From positions 1 to 60,016 of the IMG/VR virus record IMGVR_UViG_3300045767_000001: a stretch of 60,016 nt of DNA, one strand, 5' to 3'. This document shows positions 44,684 to 53,861 of this stretch, piece after piece; within the stretch, counting starts at the first letter, position 1; every line of letters begins with the position of its first letter. Both the position numbers and the translations under genes were made by a program. The notes beneath the pieces were generated by a model. That model did not search any database and had not been told where the DNA came from. It saw only the letters and a list, made by a program, of their open reading frames with translations. This stretch comes from a virus. Its lineage: Duplodnaviria; Caudoviricetes.

Positions 44684-46155
44684 GCCGCCATCTCCATCAG
44701 GTATTCCCCTGCAAGGCGCCCGAGTTGGACTTGAACTCCATCGCCGAGAGCGGACAGTCTGGATCGCTCCACCCGGCGGGCGCGCCGATCATCCACTCGA
44801 CGAACGAGGGGCTCAGGCGCAGGTCCGTGAACCTGCTCCCACCGTCGGATTGCGGGTCGGTACTCGCCCCACGGGAACGCGGGAGACGGTCGAGCTGGGG
44901 ACGCACTGCCGCCCCCGGCGTCGGGCTCTGATTGTGGCCGCCCTGCGAGGTTGCCGGCGTCGGTAGGAGCGACATCACCTCCGCGCGCAGCTCCCCCCAG
45001 TTCCCTTCGCGCGGGAGGCCCTGCTTGGCGATGTTCGCTCGCGGGGTCGGCAGCAGGCGTTTGATCTGCGCCTCCTGCTCCCCGCCGGCGCCCCCCTGAT
45101 TCCACAGGGCCGATGTCGGCGTGCGCAGCATCCTCACCGTCTCGTTCAGCGACCGGCCAGTGGATCCCTGGCGCGCCCGCCGGCCACGAGTCGAGTTGGG
45201 TCCCTGCTCCCCAGCCGCCCTGGTCGGTGTCGGCAGCAAGGGCGATGACCCGATCACGGAGGTGCGGGGCGCCAAAGGCTGCCGCCGGTATGCAGTCCCA
45301 CTGACAGTCGTACCCGAGCGCGGCCAGGTCTCCGAGAACAGTCCCCCAGACGGCTCCGTCATGGAGGGCAAGGATGTTCGCCACATTCTCGACGAGGACC
45401 CATCGGGGTCGTAGCTCGCCAGAGCCGCGTCTCGGGGTGGCCGAAGCCCTCGCGCTTGCCCGCAGTGCTCGCGCCCTTGCACGCTCTCTCGGGAAGCCTC
45501 CTGCGATGAGATCCACGCGCGGCACATCGAAGAGACTTCCTTGGGCATCACCCCCATCCGGCTCATCGCGCATGGGCGAGTTGTGCTTGTGCCACTCGTG
45601 GTGGCAGCGTTGACAGAGCCACCGAACCCCGAGTGGCTCGTTGTAGTCGTCGTGGTGGGCTTGGATCGGCGAACGACCGTCGCTATACGGCTCGCCCGCG
45701 CCGCCGCACTCCTCGCAGAGCGATGGGCGAACGAGACGGCCCGACGCGAGGGCCTTCTCGACCTTGTTGTGCGCCCAATCCTCGCCGACGGGACCACCGC
45801 GATAGAAGTGGCTGTCATCGCCGAAACGCTGCTGAGGGCGCATCTCCACGCCCGCGTTCTTCATGCGTTCCCATAGCGCTTGGCGCGTGATCGGAAACCG
45901 CTCGGCGATCGCCTCGGCACTCATCCCCTGGGCGTAGAGACCCAGCGCCTCGGCAAACTGCTCATCGCTCAATCGTGGCAACGCGCCTCCGATCCGTCGA
46001 ACATCGTCGTAGATGGGCACTCTGGGCCACCGGAGACCGAGGAGTTCTCGTCGCCACGGGTCGATCTCGCAGAGCCAGGAGTGCTCCCAGCCAGCGAGGG
46101 TGAGCCCGTAGGCGAGCAGGCCACATCCGTCGAAGAGTCCGCCGACGGTCGGCAT
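44680..46155 (-). CDS. C5-cytosine DNA methyltransferase alpha chain with HTH-HNH insertion; catalytic Cys absent from this frame
   Basis: LFDGCG (I), CEID, DLIAGGFP (IV, lacking C), ENV (VI), GAPH.R.R (VIII), LGDGV (X). Confidence 0.8.
   Translation of the reverse strand: MPTVGGLFDGCGLLAYGLTLAGWEHSWLCEIDPWRRELLGLRWPRVPIYDDVRRIGGALPRLSDEQFAEALGLYAQGMSAEAIAERFPITRQALWERMKNAGVEMRPQQRFGDDSHFYRGGPVGEDWAHNKVEKALASGRLVRPSLCEECGGAGEPYSDGRSPIQAHHDDYNEPLGVRWLCQRCHHEWHKHNSPMRDEPDGGDAQGSLFDVPRVDLIAGGFPRERARARALRASARASATPRRGSGELRPRWVLVENVANILALHDGAVWGTVLGDLAALGYDCQWDCIPAAAFGAPHLRDRVIALAADTDQGGWGAGTQLDSWPAGAPGIHWPVAERDGEDAAHADIGPVESGGRRRGAGGADQTPAADPASEHRQAGPPARRELGGAARGGDVAPTDAGNLAGRPQSEPDAGGGSASPARPSPAFPWGEYRPAIRRWEQVHGPAPEPLVRRVDDRRARRVERSRLSALGDGVQVQLGRLAGEYLMEMAA
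44697..45386 (-). CDS. Overlapping alternate-frame beta chain of the split C5-MTase
   Basis: SETWPRSG, repeated LLPTP and LSPSFVEWMIG.P.GW (motif IX), as in M.EcoHK31I-type enzymes. Confidence 0.7.
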   Translation of the reverse strand: MWRTSLPSMTEPSGGLFSETWPRSGTTVSGTAYRRQPLAPRTSVIGSSPLLPTPTRAAGEQGPNSTRGRRARQGSTGRSLNETVRMLRTPTSALWNQGGAGGEQEAQIKRLLPTPRANIAKQGLPREGNWGELRAEVMSLLPTPATSQGGHNQSPTPGAAVRPQLDRLPRSRGASTDPQSDGGSRFTDLRLSPSFVEWMIGAPAGWSDPDCPLSAMEFKSNSGALQGNT

Positions 46156-46223
46156 CTCACGACTCGTTCCAGTCGGGGCCGTGGATGAGCTTGCTCACGC
46201 CACGGCCTCTCGCGCCTCGTCGG

Positions 46224-46850
46224 TCATCGCACCGCCTTCGACATGTCGGGCGGCACGGCTTTCTGTTTGCGATAAGGACGCCTGCCTGACTTCCTCCGGA
46301 GGCGCCTCGAAACTGTCTCGGCATGAAGCGGTTCGCCCCACCACACACCAGCGACGATCCCGATCGCTTCGAGCGGCAAGCCGGCGTCATGCAGCTCGCG
46401 CATTCGGGCCAGCTTCCACTCCGCCGAGACCCGCGTCAGCGGCTTGCGACCTACACGCCGGTCATGGCTGCGGCGAGAGTTGCGCTGGTTCTTCTTTGCG
46501 AACGAGACCGCATACGCCGGGTCGGTCCAGGTCCTCACCGTCGTCAGGGACGGCCTCACCCCGAACTCTTGCTCCAGTAGTTTGCAGGCCCGATAGGCGG
46601 TCCAGCCGGCCTGCACATGCTCGAGGGCACGCCTCACAACCGCCGTCGAGTAGCGGCGACCATGGCCCACCCCGGAGAACGTGTTCATCGCCATCCGCGG
46701 GGGCCGAGGCTTGATCGACGGATCATCAACGCCCACCGGAATGCGGCCAGCCGCCCATCGCCACGTTGTCGTGCCCTGTGGTAGGCGTTGCGGAGTCGGC
46801 GAACGAATCGTGGAGCGCTCACGACGCCTCCTCATAGACGGGGTATCCAC
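46224..46850 (-). CDS. HTH DNA-binding protein (start uncertain)
   Basis: YS..VVRRA.E....GW.....PSLTTVRTW; second HTH-like segment. Confidence 0.55.
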   Translation of the reverse strand: MDTPSMRRRRERSTIRSPTPQRLPQGTTTWRWAAGRIPVGVDDPSIKPRPPRMAMNTFSGVGHGRRYSTAVVRRALEHVQAGWTAYRACKLLEQEFGVRPSLTTVRTWTDPAYAVSFAKKNQRNSRRSHDRRVGRKPLTRVSAEWKLARMRELHDAGLPLEAIGIVAGVWWGEPLHAETVSRRLRRKSGRRPYRKQKAVPPDMSKAVR

Positions 46851-46861
46851 TTAGATGGCCC
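46840..46861. promoter_or_regulatory. 22-bp dyad motif, copy 1 (inverted)
   Basis: GGGGTATCCACTTAGATGGCCC is the reverse complement of 48282..48303. Confidence 0.6.
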
Positions 46862-46862
46862 A

Positions 46863-47621
46863 TCATGAGCGGAGCGGCGGGTCGGGGTTGTCGGCGTCGA
46901 GCGCGGCCTCCAACTCGTCGTCGGGACGGCCTCGCTCCATCACTGCTGCGTCAAGCACACGGACAACGGGCTGATCGAGTTCAAACGCCTCGGGAGTTCG
47001 CCCGAACCAAAGCGTGAAGCCGATCCGGCTCCCGCGATCCGTGACCTTGCAGCATTCGCCGTCGAGCAAGAGCACATCTCCGACCTGAACCCCACCTGCC
47101 GTGACTATCTCCACTAGAAGGCGGGGAGGCCCATCCGTGGGCCTTATCCGTGACGCATCATCCTTGCGCGTACCCGCACCTATAGAAGCCCGAATGGCAT
47201 GCGCGACCACATAGGAGGACCCCGCGTCGGGATCGCATGAGAGGCACCGCTCCGCGCGTTCAAGCAGCCGCGTCCAGCCCTCGACATGCTCGCGTTCCCA
47301 CTCCGGGTCGGTCACACCCTCAAGGCAGCGCGCCTCCTCGGCGACAAGCCAGCGCGAGGCCCACGAAAGCGACTCGTAGTCGGCCTCAGCCTGGGCGCGC
47401 TTCTCGTCGCTGAGTTCCGCGTCAGCCATCCGATCCTCCGCGCGGTAGCTGGCCCGCTTACAGGCATCCGCGAGATTCTCGGCGGCGACCTCGCCCATCC
47501 GAATCCGAACCAGCACGGCGTCCTTCCGCCTTTCCGCCATCCTGTCGGCTACGCGGTTCTCGTGGTCCAGCTCGGCTGCTTCAAGCTCGCTGCGTGTCTC
47601 GATGCGATCTCCGAAGCTCAT
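46863..47621 (-). CDS. Hypothetical protein
   Basis: GAGG RBS; its C-terminal module resembles the N-terminus of 50004..50531. Confidence 0.6.
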   Translation of the reverse strand: MSFGDRIETRSELEAAELDHENRVADRMAERRKDAVLVRIRMGEVAAENLADACKRASYRAEDRMADAELSDEKRAQAEADYESLSWASRWLVAEEARCLEGVTDPEWEREHVEGWTRLLERAERCLSCDPDAGSSYVVAHAIRASIGAGTRKDDASRIRPTDGPPRLLVEIVTAGGVQVGDVLLLDGECCKVTDRGSRIGFTLWFGRTPEAFELDQPVVRVLDAAVMERGRPDDELEAALDADNPDPPLRS

Positions 47622-47697
47622 GACTCTTTTCCTCTCGAAGTCGGCCTTGATCTGTTCTAGGCTGCGAGTGATGATCGTTGAAGTCAGTCATCGTCTA

Positions 47698-48288
47698 TCA
47701 GATCGCCAAAGCCATCTGTGTATCCCAGACCGTCCAGGCCGCGCCAACGCCGCCGGAGCCAGGAAAGAGGTCGTCGAGCCGGTCGCCACGCTGCGCGCCG
47801 AGGCAGGCGAAAAGCCAACGAGAAAACTGCGGCGGCTTGGCGCCCGTGACGTTATGCTGCCGATGGAGCGTGTGCGGCGGGTGGACGAGCGAGTCACGAA
47901 CGTCCTTCGGTGTGTCTTCGTCGCGTGGTCGCCCGCGCCAGAGGATGACCGGCTCCCAGGTGTATTGCACTCGGACGCTGAACGGCGGCGCACCGCCAGT
48001 CTTGACCCACGCGAGTACCCGCACATCGCTCGGACAGAGTGCGAGGAGTTCCTGTAGCCACTTGGAGCCAGTTGAGAGGGCCCAGCCGTCGGGATACTCG
48101 CCAACGAGGCGCTCCACCAGCTCCCGGTGATCGACCTCACCCGCGTAGTCCGGGTGATCGCCATACAGGCGCTTGGACTGCCCCGGATACGGCGGGTCAG
48201 CATAGGCGAAGACCATCTCGCCGTGAAGCGGGCAGCAGTCGTTGACGCCATCGGGTTCGGGTAGGCAGGTGCAGTTACCGCGGGCCAT
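47698..48288 (-). CDS. Amino (N6-A/N4-C) DNA methyltransferase
   Basis: YADPPY catalytic motif; GAKP...DDLFPGSG SAM motif. Confidence 0.8.
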   Translation of the reverse strand: MARGNCTCLPEPDGVNDCCPLHGEMVFAYADPPYPGQSKRLYGDHPDYAGEVDHRELVERLVGEYPDGWALSTGSKWLQELLALCPSDVRVLAWVKTGGAPPFSVRVQYTWEPVILWRGRPRDEDTPKDVRDSLVHPPHTLHRQHNVTGAKPPQFSRWLFACLGAQRGDRLDDLFPGSGGVGAAWTVWDTQMALAI

Positions 48289-48303
48289 CTAAGTGGATAC
48301 CCC
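48282..48303. promoter_or_regulatory. 22-bp dyad motif, copy 2
   Basis: GGGCCATCTAAGTGGATACCCC overlaps the MTase start codon. Confidence 0.6.
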
Positions 48304-48519
48304 ATCCTCATAGAGCTCGGGATGACTGGCTTCCAAATGCGCCCGCATCTCAGCCACGGTTGTCGGACCACGCGTCGTCCGCGCTGACGCCACAAACGGC
48401 GCCTCCCGCTCCGAAAAGCCAGCACACCGAGCACGCTCCATCTCAGCCTGAAACCGATGGCGAGAAACCCACTCAGCGGCTTCACGCTCGATCTGGGCCA
48501 GGTGGCCGTCGCGGCTCAC
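48289..48519 (-). CDS. Hypothetical protein
   Basis: GTGA coupling; 76 aa. Confidence 0.5.
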   Translation of the reverse strand: MSRDGHLAQIEREAAEWVSRHRFQAEMERARCAGFSEREAPFVASARTTRGPTTVAEMRAHLEASHPELYEDGVST

Positions 48520-49376
48520 GCTGACTCCAGCAGCTCGACCAGCTTGTCTGAGGTTGCGAGGACCCACGCATCCCACGCATCCCGCGCAGCCCGCGCAGCC
48601 CGCGCAGCCCGCGCAGCCCACGCATCCCACGCAGCCCGCGCATCCCACGCATCCCACGCAGCCCGCGCATCCCACGCATCCCACGCAGCCCACGCATCCC
48701 GCGCATCCCACGCAGCCCGCGCATCCCACGCATCCCGCGCAGCCCGCGCAGCCCGCGCATCCCACGCAGCCCGCGCAGCCCACGCAGCCCGCGCATCCCA
48801 CGCAGCCCGCGCAGCCCACGCAGCCCGCGCATCCCGCGCATCCCGCGCATCCCGCGCATCCCGCGCATCCCACGCATCCCGCGCAGCCCGAGCGATGTCG
48901 TCCTCCTCGTCGCTCGTCATCGGCTCGCCGGCAGCACGTCGCTCATACCCCTCGGCGACGCGCCCGCACACGACTTTCACATCCTCCGCATCCGTGGCGT
49001 TGGCGAGCCCCCACCTCTCGTCCACGATCAGCCAGGCAGCGAACCTTGGCCACACCGGCGACAGGTCCGCCCCGGGCCGAATGGCACCCATGAACCGCTC
49101 CGGCCAAAGCCTACACAGCTCATCGGGCAGCGACTCGAAGATGCCATCCTCGATATGTGCAAGCTGAGCCGGGATCCCGAACTCACTCTCATAGCGCATG
49201 TGGCCACCCTCGGGATCCTTCAACAGGCAGCCAACGGCGCAGTAAGCGACCTTGCCGTTCCGGCGGACGTACGCGCCCTTCGCCAGCTCATCAGCCAGAC
49301 GATGCGCTGCGATCATCGCCATCGTCTCATCCTTCAACTCCGGCTTGCCGTGGTAGGCAACCAGTGCGCTCATCAT
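48516..49376 (-). CDS. Phage protein with low-complexity (W/R)(D/A)A repeat tail
   Basis: AYHG.PELK, CAVGC, GIP..LA...D.IFE and F..AI..GADLS motifs; GGAGG RBS. Confidence 0.75.
   Translation of the reverse strand: MMSALVAYHGKPELKDETMAMIAAHRLADELAKGAYVRRNGKVAYCAVGCLLKDPEGGHMRYESEFGIPAQLAHIEDGIFESLPDELCRLWPERFMGAIRPGADLSPVWPRFAAWLIVDERWGLANATDAEDVKVVCGRVAEGYERRAAGEPMTSDEEDDIARAARDAWDARDARDARDARDARAAWAARAAWDARAAWAARAAWDARAARAARDAWDARAAWDARDAWAAWDAWDARAAWDAWDARAAWDAWAARAARAARAARDAWDAWVLATSDKLVELLESA
48563..48890. repeat. 9-bp tandem repeat CCC[A/G]CGCA[T/G], about 36 units
   Basis: Directly visible; only two positions vary. Confidence 0.95.
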
Positions 49377-49563
49377 GATCCTCCCTTGCTCGATGATTGA
49401 AAATGGCCCCTGCGCCTCGCTGGCCCCAAACACCGAAGGGCCGCGCGAGGTTCGCTCCACCGCTGGTGGCAGTACCTACGCAGGGGGACCCACAGAAGGG
49501 TTGGTAGTTCGGTAGGTGAGCTAGAGCTTGGAGCTTGAGTTGGAGTGTTTCGCATGAGTTGGT

Positions 49564-50007
49564 CTAACCCCTCGCCAACGGTTTCGGGAATAGCTTCGGC
49601 AACTGTTCATCGAGCCATTGCGCAAACTCCGGCGCAAGGGTTCCCGCCTGCTCTCCGAACCGGCTCAGCAAGGGAGTCGCCGGCAGGCACCTCAACTTCT
49701 TCAAAGCGCTCTTGCGTTGGTTCGGGTTCGCCGGCTGCTGCCATTTCAAGGCGTTGACGATAAACAACACCTGGGCGTCGTCGTCGTACTCCACGAACCC
49801 GTCCGCCAGGAGCTTGTCGAACGCCCGCACAAAGCGCTTCAACGGCCAGCGCTTGTCCGTCGCGCCATACTGAAGCGGCAGGTGGTAGATGCCCTCTGTC
49901 GTTCGGTGCTTGCATGTCAGCAGGTAGAGAGCGGTCAGCATGGTGTCGTCGTCCCACCGCTCGAGCCAGATGCGAGAACCCACCCGACTGTAGGTCTCAT
50001 CGCTCAC
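49564..50007 (-). CDS. Replication initiator N-terminal (wHTH) domain, possibly frameshift-truncated
   Basis: YSRV..RIW, LYLLTC.H...GIY.LP, L...GFVEYD and W.QP.NPN motifs. Confidence 0.6.
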   Translation of the reverse strand: MSDETYSRVGSRIWLERWDDDTMLTALYLLTCKHRTTEGIYHLPLQYGATDKRWPLKRFVRAFDKLLADGFVEYDDDAQVLFIVNALKWQQPANPNQRKSALKKLRCLPATPLLSRFGEQAGTLAPEFAQWLDEQLPKLFPKPLARG

Positions 50008-50531
50008 GTCCCCATGTGCGAGTCTGCGGCGTCCTTGCCTCGATGAGAACCCGGCTCGTACGCACCGCAGTCGCCTTTGTGGAGCCCCTCGCAGTCGCAC
50101 ACCCGCTTGTAGCAGAGGCTCGGATCGTTCACTTGCTCGATCGTGGCTCCGCCCGGCTCGGCCTGCTGTGGTGAACCAGCGAGAGCAGCTTTGGCGATCT
50201 CGTGCGCAAGTGGTCCGACCGCGCCACTTCGATCGATCCGTTCGAGTGCCACGCGAAGACGATTCACCTCAGCTAGCGCCTGTTGCTCTGGTGACGGGTC
50301 AGACTCACTCATCCGTGCCACACGCAGGAGCGCGACACCCTCACGAACATGAATCCCAAGATGCCCGCCATTAAGTTCGATATAAGGCGTTCCTGGGTAC
50401 CCGGCGACCGTGTGCGACCGGATGATTGCGACCACTTGGCAAACCTCGGCCCTTCCTTTCCCGGCCATGATCCGGTCTCCGACCTTGACCTCGTCGGCTC
50501 TCACGACCTCAACCACTAGACGCTCAGTCAT
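50004..50531 (-). CDS. Hypothetical protein
   Basis: AGGAG RBS; coupled. Confidence 0.55.
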   Translation of the reverse strand: MTERLVVEVVRADEVKVGDRIMAGKGRAEVCQVVAIIRSHTVAGYPGTPYIELNGGHLGIHVREGVALLRVARMSESDPSPEQQALAEVNRLRVALERIDRSGAVGPLAHEIAKAALAGSPQQAEPGGATIEQVNDPSLCYKRVCDCEGLHKGDCGAYEPGSHRGKDAADSHMGT

Positions 50532-50840
50532 CGCTCGTCTCCTTAGGTAGCCTGCCGCAAGCTCGGAGAACGGCCTCCGCATCGACCATGATCTCGCCAA
50601 GACGGCGGACGTTGCTGCCGTCGAATCGCTCTCGACACTCTTCAAGTAGTCGCTCTACCAGGTCTAGTACCGGTTCCTCCTCGATGACACGGACGGGCAG
50701 CATCTTCTCAAAGGCAATCCCTGTGGGGCCGTCACCGCCCCGTTGGTGTTCACACAGGGCGAAGCCCGTCTGCTCATTGCCGCAGTCAGGACACACCGTG
50801 AGGGTCCACCGTCTCGGGCTAGCTGTCTCAGGCTCATCCA
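50524..50840 (-). CDS. Hypothetical zinc-finger protein
   Basis: CPDCG...C.H. Confidence 0.5.
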
Positions 50841-51274
50841 TCGTGGCTCTCCTCGGAGGCGTCGGGGGTGAGAGCCACACGGGCGATGCAAGCCGCGCAG
50901 GGATAAGAGACGCACCTCACGGCATCGTGGCCGTCTCGATTACGCTCAATCACTTTCAGCGCCCCTTGTAGCTCTCGGACACGCGCCTCGGCCCGGATAG
51001 TCCGCTCACATTGATCGGTGATCACGGCCTGCATCTGACGCTTTACGATCTCGTCGGATCGCGTTGCCTGCTCTAGCTCTAGGATGCGCTGCTCGAAATG
51101 CTTGGCGTAGAAGTCACGGGCAGCGAGAAACATGTGCTGGCCCGCATCGTGTTGCCGCCGTGGCGGATTATCGAACTCCGGCTTGCCGCTGACCCAACGC
51201 CACCACGCGGCCTCCATCGCCTCTCGCTCAGCAGGGGTGGGCCGTGCGTCTGGCTGTACTTGCTGCTCGCTCAT
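50834..51274 (-). CDS. Hypothetical coiled-coil protein
   Basis: ATGA coupling. Confidence 0.55.
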   Translation of the reverse strand: MSEQQVQPDARPTPAEREAMEAAWWRWVSGKPEFDNPPRRQHDAGQHMFLAARDFYAKHFEQRILELEQATRSDEIVKRQMQAVITDQCERTIRAEARVRELQGALKVIERNRDGHDAVRCVSYPCAACIARVALTPDASEESHDG

Positions 51275-51603
51275 TCCGCGTCGCCCCCAAAGACAGCGGC
51301 AAGAATGTGCGCGGCCTTCTCGTCACACCAGGCCCTGCGGGTGAACGCGTCTCCCTCGGGCGCGATGTCAGCGAGACGCATCGAGACCGCCTCGATGTCG
51401 GCCTTGGTGGGCCGGCCCCACTCCCGCAGGGCCTCCTCCATCCCCACTCTGAACCACTCATCACGGTCGTCCTGATAGAGGTCGCCGAACATGGCGAATG
51501 CGCCCTTGGCAACCACATTTGCGGGTGGGAGATAGGCAAGCTCCCAATCCGCCAGCTTCGTCGCCTCCGTCGCTTCGCGCTCTCGGTTATCGAGGGTAGT
51601 CAT
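51271..51603 (-). CDS. Hypothetical protein
   Basis: ATGA coupling. Confidence 0.55.
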   Translation of the reverse strand: MTTLDNREREATEATKLADWELAYLPPANVVAKGAFAMFGDLYQDDRDEWFRVGMEEALREWGRPTKADIEAVSMRLADIAPEGDAFTRRAWCDEKAAHILAAVFGGDAE

Positions 51604-52316
51604 GCTGCCGCTTTCGCTTTTTCGGCTTCAACTGCGGCCATAAGGAACTGGCCGATGTGCTCGGTGTAGGCAGGCGGGATAGCCTCGGCCAACTCGTCGT
51701 AGGTCATCCAGTCAATGCCCATCGCGTCGGGCCACTCGTGCTTGTCGGCGGCGTTCCCGTAGACCTGCACGACTGTTGAGAGTCTGTGTTCACCGTTGGG
51801 TCGCCAGCCGGTCCAGTACCGGCGCTCGGTGAAGTGGCGGTGCTCGCAGGCTGTTCCCTCGAGATAGACGTTTGACTCGAACAGGCGATGCCGCCGTAGC
51901 GGCAGCCCAAAGCTCGTTCCGCAGACGCGCACCGGGTCCAGGAGGGGCGCGCCGACGACGTTCTCGATGACATACGGCAAACCCGTTGCAATGAGCAGCG
52001 CCCGCGTGTCCTCGATCAGCTTCGCGTGGCGCTGCGCCCGGCCCAGCTTTGCGTTGACAGCAGCAAGCTGCGTGTAGCCCTGGCATGGCGGCGAGGCATG
52101 GATGGCGGCGACTCGCTTGAGCGGAAGGGTCAACGCGTCGGCCTGAATGAACTCATCGCCGCAGTAGTTCGGCTGCGGCTCGATGTCCACACCGACGACG
52201 TAGAACCCCGCACGCTGGTAGCCCTTCGCTGCACCGCCGGCGCCCGAAAACAGATCAAGCAGCCGTGGCCGCTCATCTAGAGGCGGGATGCCGGAGGACA
52301 CGCCACGGTCACTCAT
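51600..52316 (-). CDS. C5-cytosine DNA methyltransferase (short, intact)
   Basis: LLDLFSGAGG, ASPPCQ, ENV, RRHRLF and EAIPPAY motifs. Confidence 0.88.
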   Translation of the reverse strand: MSDRGVSSGIPPLDERPRLLDLFSGAGGAAKGYQRAGFYVVGVDIEPQPNYCGDEFIQADALTLPLKRVAAIHASPPCQGYTQLAAVNAKLGRAQRHAKLIEDTRALLIATGLPYVIENVVGAPLLDPVRVCGTSFGLPLRRHRLFESNVYLEGTACEHRHFTERRYWTGWRPNGEHRLSTVVQVYGNAADKHEWPDAMGIDWMTYDELAEAIPPAYTEHIGQFLMAAVEAEKAKAAA

Positions 52317-52516
52317 CCCAACTCCCACACTCGGATTGCGTCGCTAGCGATCGAACTCCAGTAGTCGCCGGCGATCTGCTTGGCCAACGTGTTCGCGAAG
52401 CGTCTAACCGCCATCGGATGCGCCGGCGGCTTGCCGAACTCGTCTTCGAGGCATAGTTTGATCTGCAGGACGATGGACTCGCGGACGGCTCTGTTCTGCT
52501 CGTCGAGAGATGTCAT
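52313..52516 (-). CDS. Hypothetical protein flanked by 22-bp direct repeats
   Basis: GGAGG RBS; repeats at 52280..52301 and 52529..52550. Confidence 0.55.
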   Translation of the reverse strand: MTSLDEQNRAVRESIVLQIKLCLEDEFGKPPAHPMAVRRFANTLAKQIAGDYWSSIASDAIRVWELG

Positions 52517-52746
52517 TCGTGTACCTCCGAGGCGGGATGCCGGAGGACACTCGCATCGAAGCGATCTGGTGGCGCGTCCTGCGCAGCATTCTGCCGGCTG
52601 GCCTCGCGCACCGCGAGCTCCTCGCTCTCGAACGGCCCAGCGACAGCGAGTCCCGTGCGCCCGTTGACCACATAGAAGCCCGGGCGTCGCAAACGCTGCG
52701 CGCGCTGCGCCTGCTGCGCAATGCTCTTCCGGCCCCTAGGCGTCAT
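52513..52746 (-). CDS. Hypothetical protein
   Basis: Coupled ORF. Confidence 0.5.
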   Translation of the reverse strand: MTPRGRKSIAQQAQRAQRLRRPGFYVVNGRTGLAVAGPFESEELAVREASRQNAAQDAPPDRFDASVLRHPASEVHE

Positions 52747-52981
52747 TGCGCGCCTCCGCTTGGTCAGCCTCTCGGATCAGAGCCTCGGCTGTCTCGCGCG
52801 CCTCCTGCGGGCTGAGCAGCGCGGTCGTCACCGTCACCAGTCCGAGCGCGTCGATTTGCAACGCGACGATCGGCCCGGTGCGCGGGTGAACCGTGGCGAA
52901 TGCCGAGGTCTGAACGCTCCAACTCTGCTCGGGCGTGTTCAATGGCCACCGCTCGCTGACGCTAAGACCCGAAGCCGTCAT
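52736..52981 (-). CDS. Hypothetical protein
   Basis: LSPQEARETAEALI motif; ATGA coupling. Confidence 0.5.
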   Translation of the reverse strand: MTASGLSVSERWPLNTPEQSWSVQTSAFATVHPRTGPIVALQIDALGLVTVTTALLSPQEARETAEALIREADQAEARNDA

Positions 52982-53228
52982 TGCAGTCCCGCCTCTGGCG
53001 CGCGGCAGCGAATGATGTCGGCTGTGCTGATGATCTCGCCACAGATCGCCGTCGGGGAGGGAGGCAGGGGCTCGGTATCCCCAGGGAATGTGCGCCCCGC
53101 GATCTCGATGCTGAGCTGGGTCGCTTTGCGGGAGAGGTCGAGAGACAGCGCTTTCAGCTCCTCGATAGCGGCGGAGCGCACGGCCTCGCGCAGGCTCTCG
53201 TTCGTGTGCGGCTCTCTCATCGGTACCA

Positions 53229-53609
53229 TTAGACGCCTCGCTCGCCGCTGATCGACCGCACGGCAGAAGCCAAACCCACAGCCCCAGCCGCCCATTCCTG
53301 TGAGTCACGCCACGCGGGCTCAAGGTAGGGCAGTAGGTCGATTCCGCCATCGTCGAACAGCCTGTGACAGCCGTTCGGCCCCGGGCAGAGAGGGACGACA
53401 GCCCGCACGTCGTTCGCCGCGTCCTCGCTTACCTTCGGGTGGCCGCGAGGCACGACGTGTGCGGGCTGGCACTCGTTGAAGTGGTAGCCGCAGACGATAC
53501 ACACCCGGTTCGCCACACGCTCACGCTGTTCGGGCGTGCATCGGCCCAGCGGCGTGCGTTTCAACGAACCACCCTGCTTGAGCGGTGTGCGTAGCCGGGT
53601 GCGGCGCAC
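53229..53609 (-). CDS. HNH-family nuclease
   Basis: RTPL repeats, CIVCG, AHVVPRG and VPLC...CH..FD motifs. Confidence 0.7.
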   Translation of the reverse strand: MRRTRLRTPLKQGGSLKRTPLGRCTPEQRERVANRVCIVCGYHFNECQPAHVVPRGHPKVSEDAANDVRAVVPLCPGPNGCHRLFDDGGIDLLPYLEPAWRDSQEWAAGAVGLASAVRSISGERGV

Positions 53610-53861
53610 TCACACATCTCCTTCCGCGACAGAGGGAGTAGAAGCCCTGACGAGCGGGATGCTCTTGCCGCAGTAGTTGCACACGTCCTCACCGTCGTTC
53701 CATGGTGTCTGACACACACACCATTGGCGGGTGGTGTCCAGGTCGAACTTTGGCTCCAGCCGACCAACCGTACGACCACGGGCCTTCTCTGCGGCGGCCT
53801 CACGGCCACGCCCAGCGCTCTCCGGCTTGAGGTTGAAATGGGTCATGCTGAAATGGGCCAT
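53610..53861 (-). CDS. Small zinc-finger protein
   Basis: CVC...CNYCGK. Confidence 0.5.
   Translation of the reverse strand: MAHFSMTHFNLKPESAGRGREAAAEKARGRTVGRLEPKFDLDTTRQWCVCQTPWNDGEDVCNYCGKSIPLVRASTPSVAEGDV

Noticed and set aside
45525-45984. Intein in the methyltransferase (KHNS resembles HN/S)
   Set aside because: The insert is fully accounted for by HTH plus HNH, with no room or motifs for a Hint domain.
48563-48890. CRISPR array, and the Cys-rich or MRG/HPA ORFs over the repeat
   Set aside because: No unique spacers. The alternative-frame ORFs are shadows of a stop-free 9-bp repeat.
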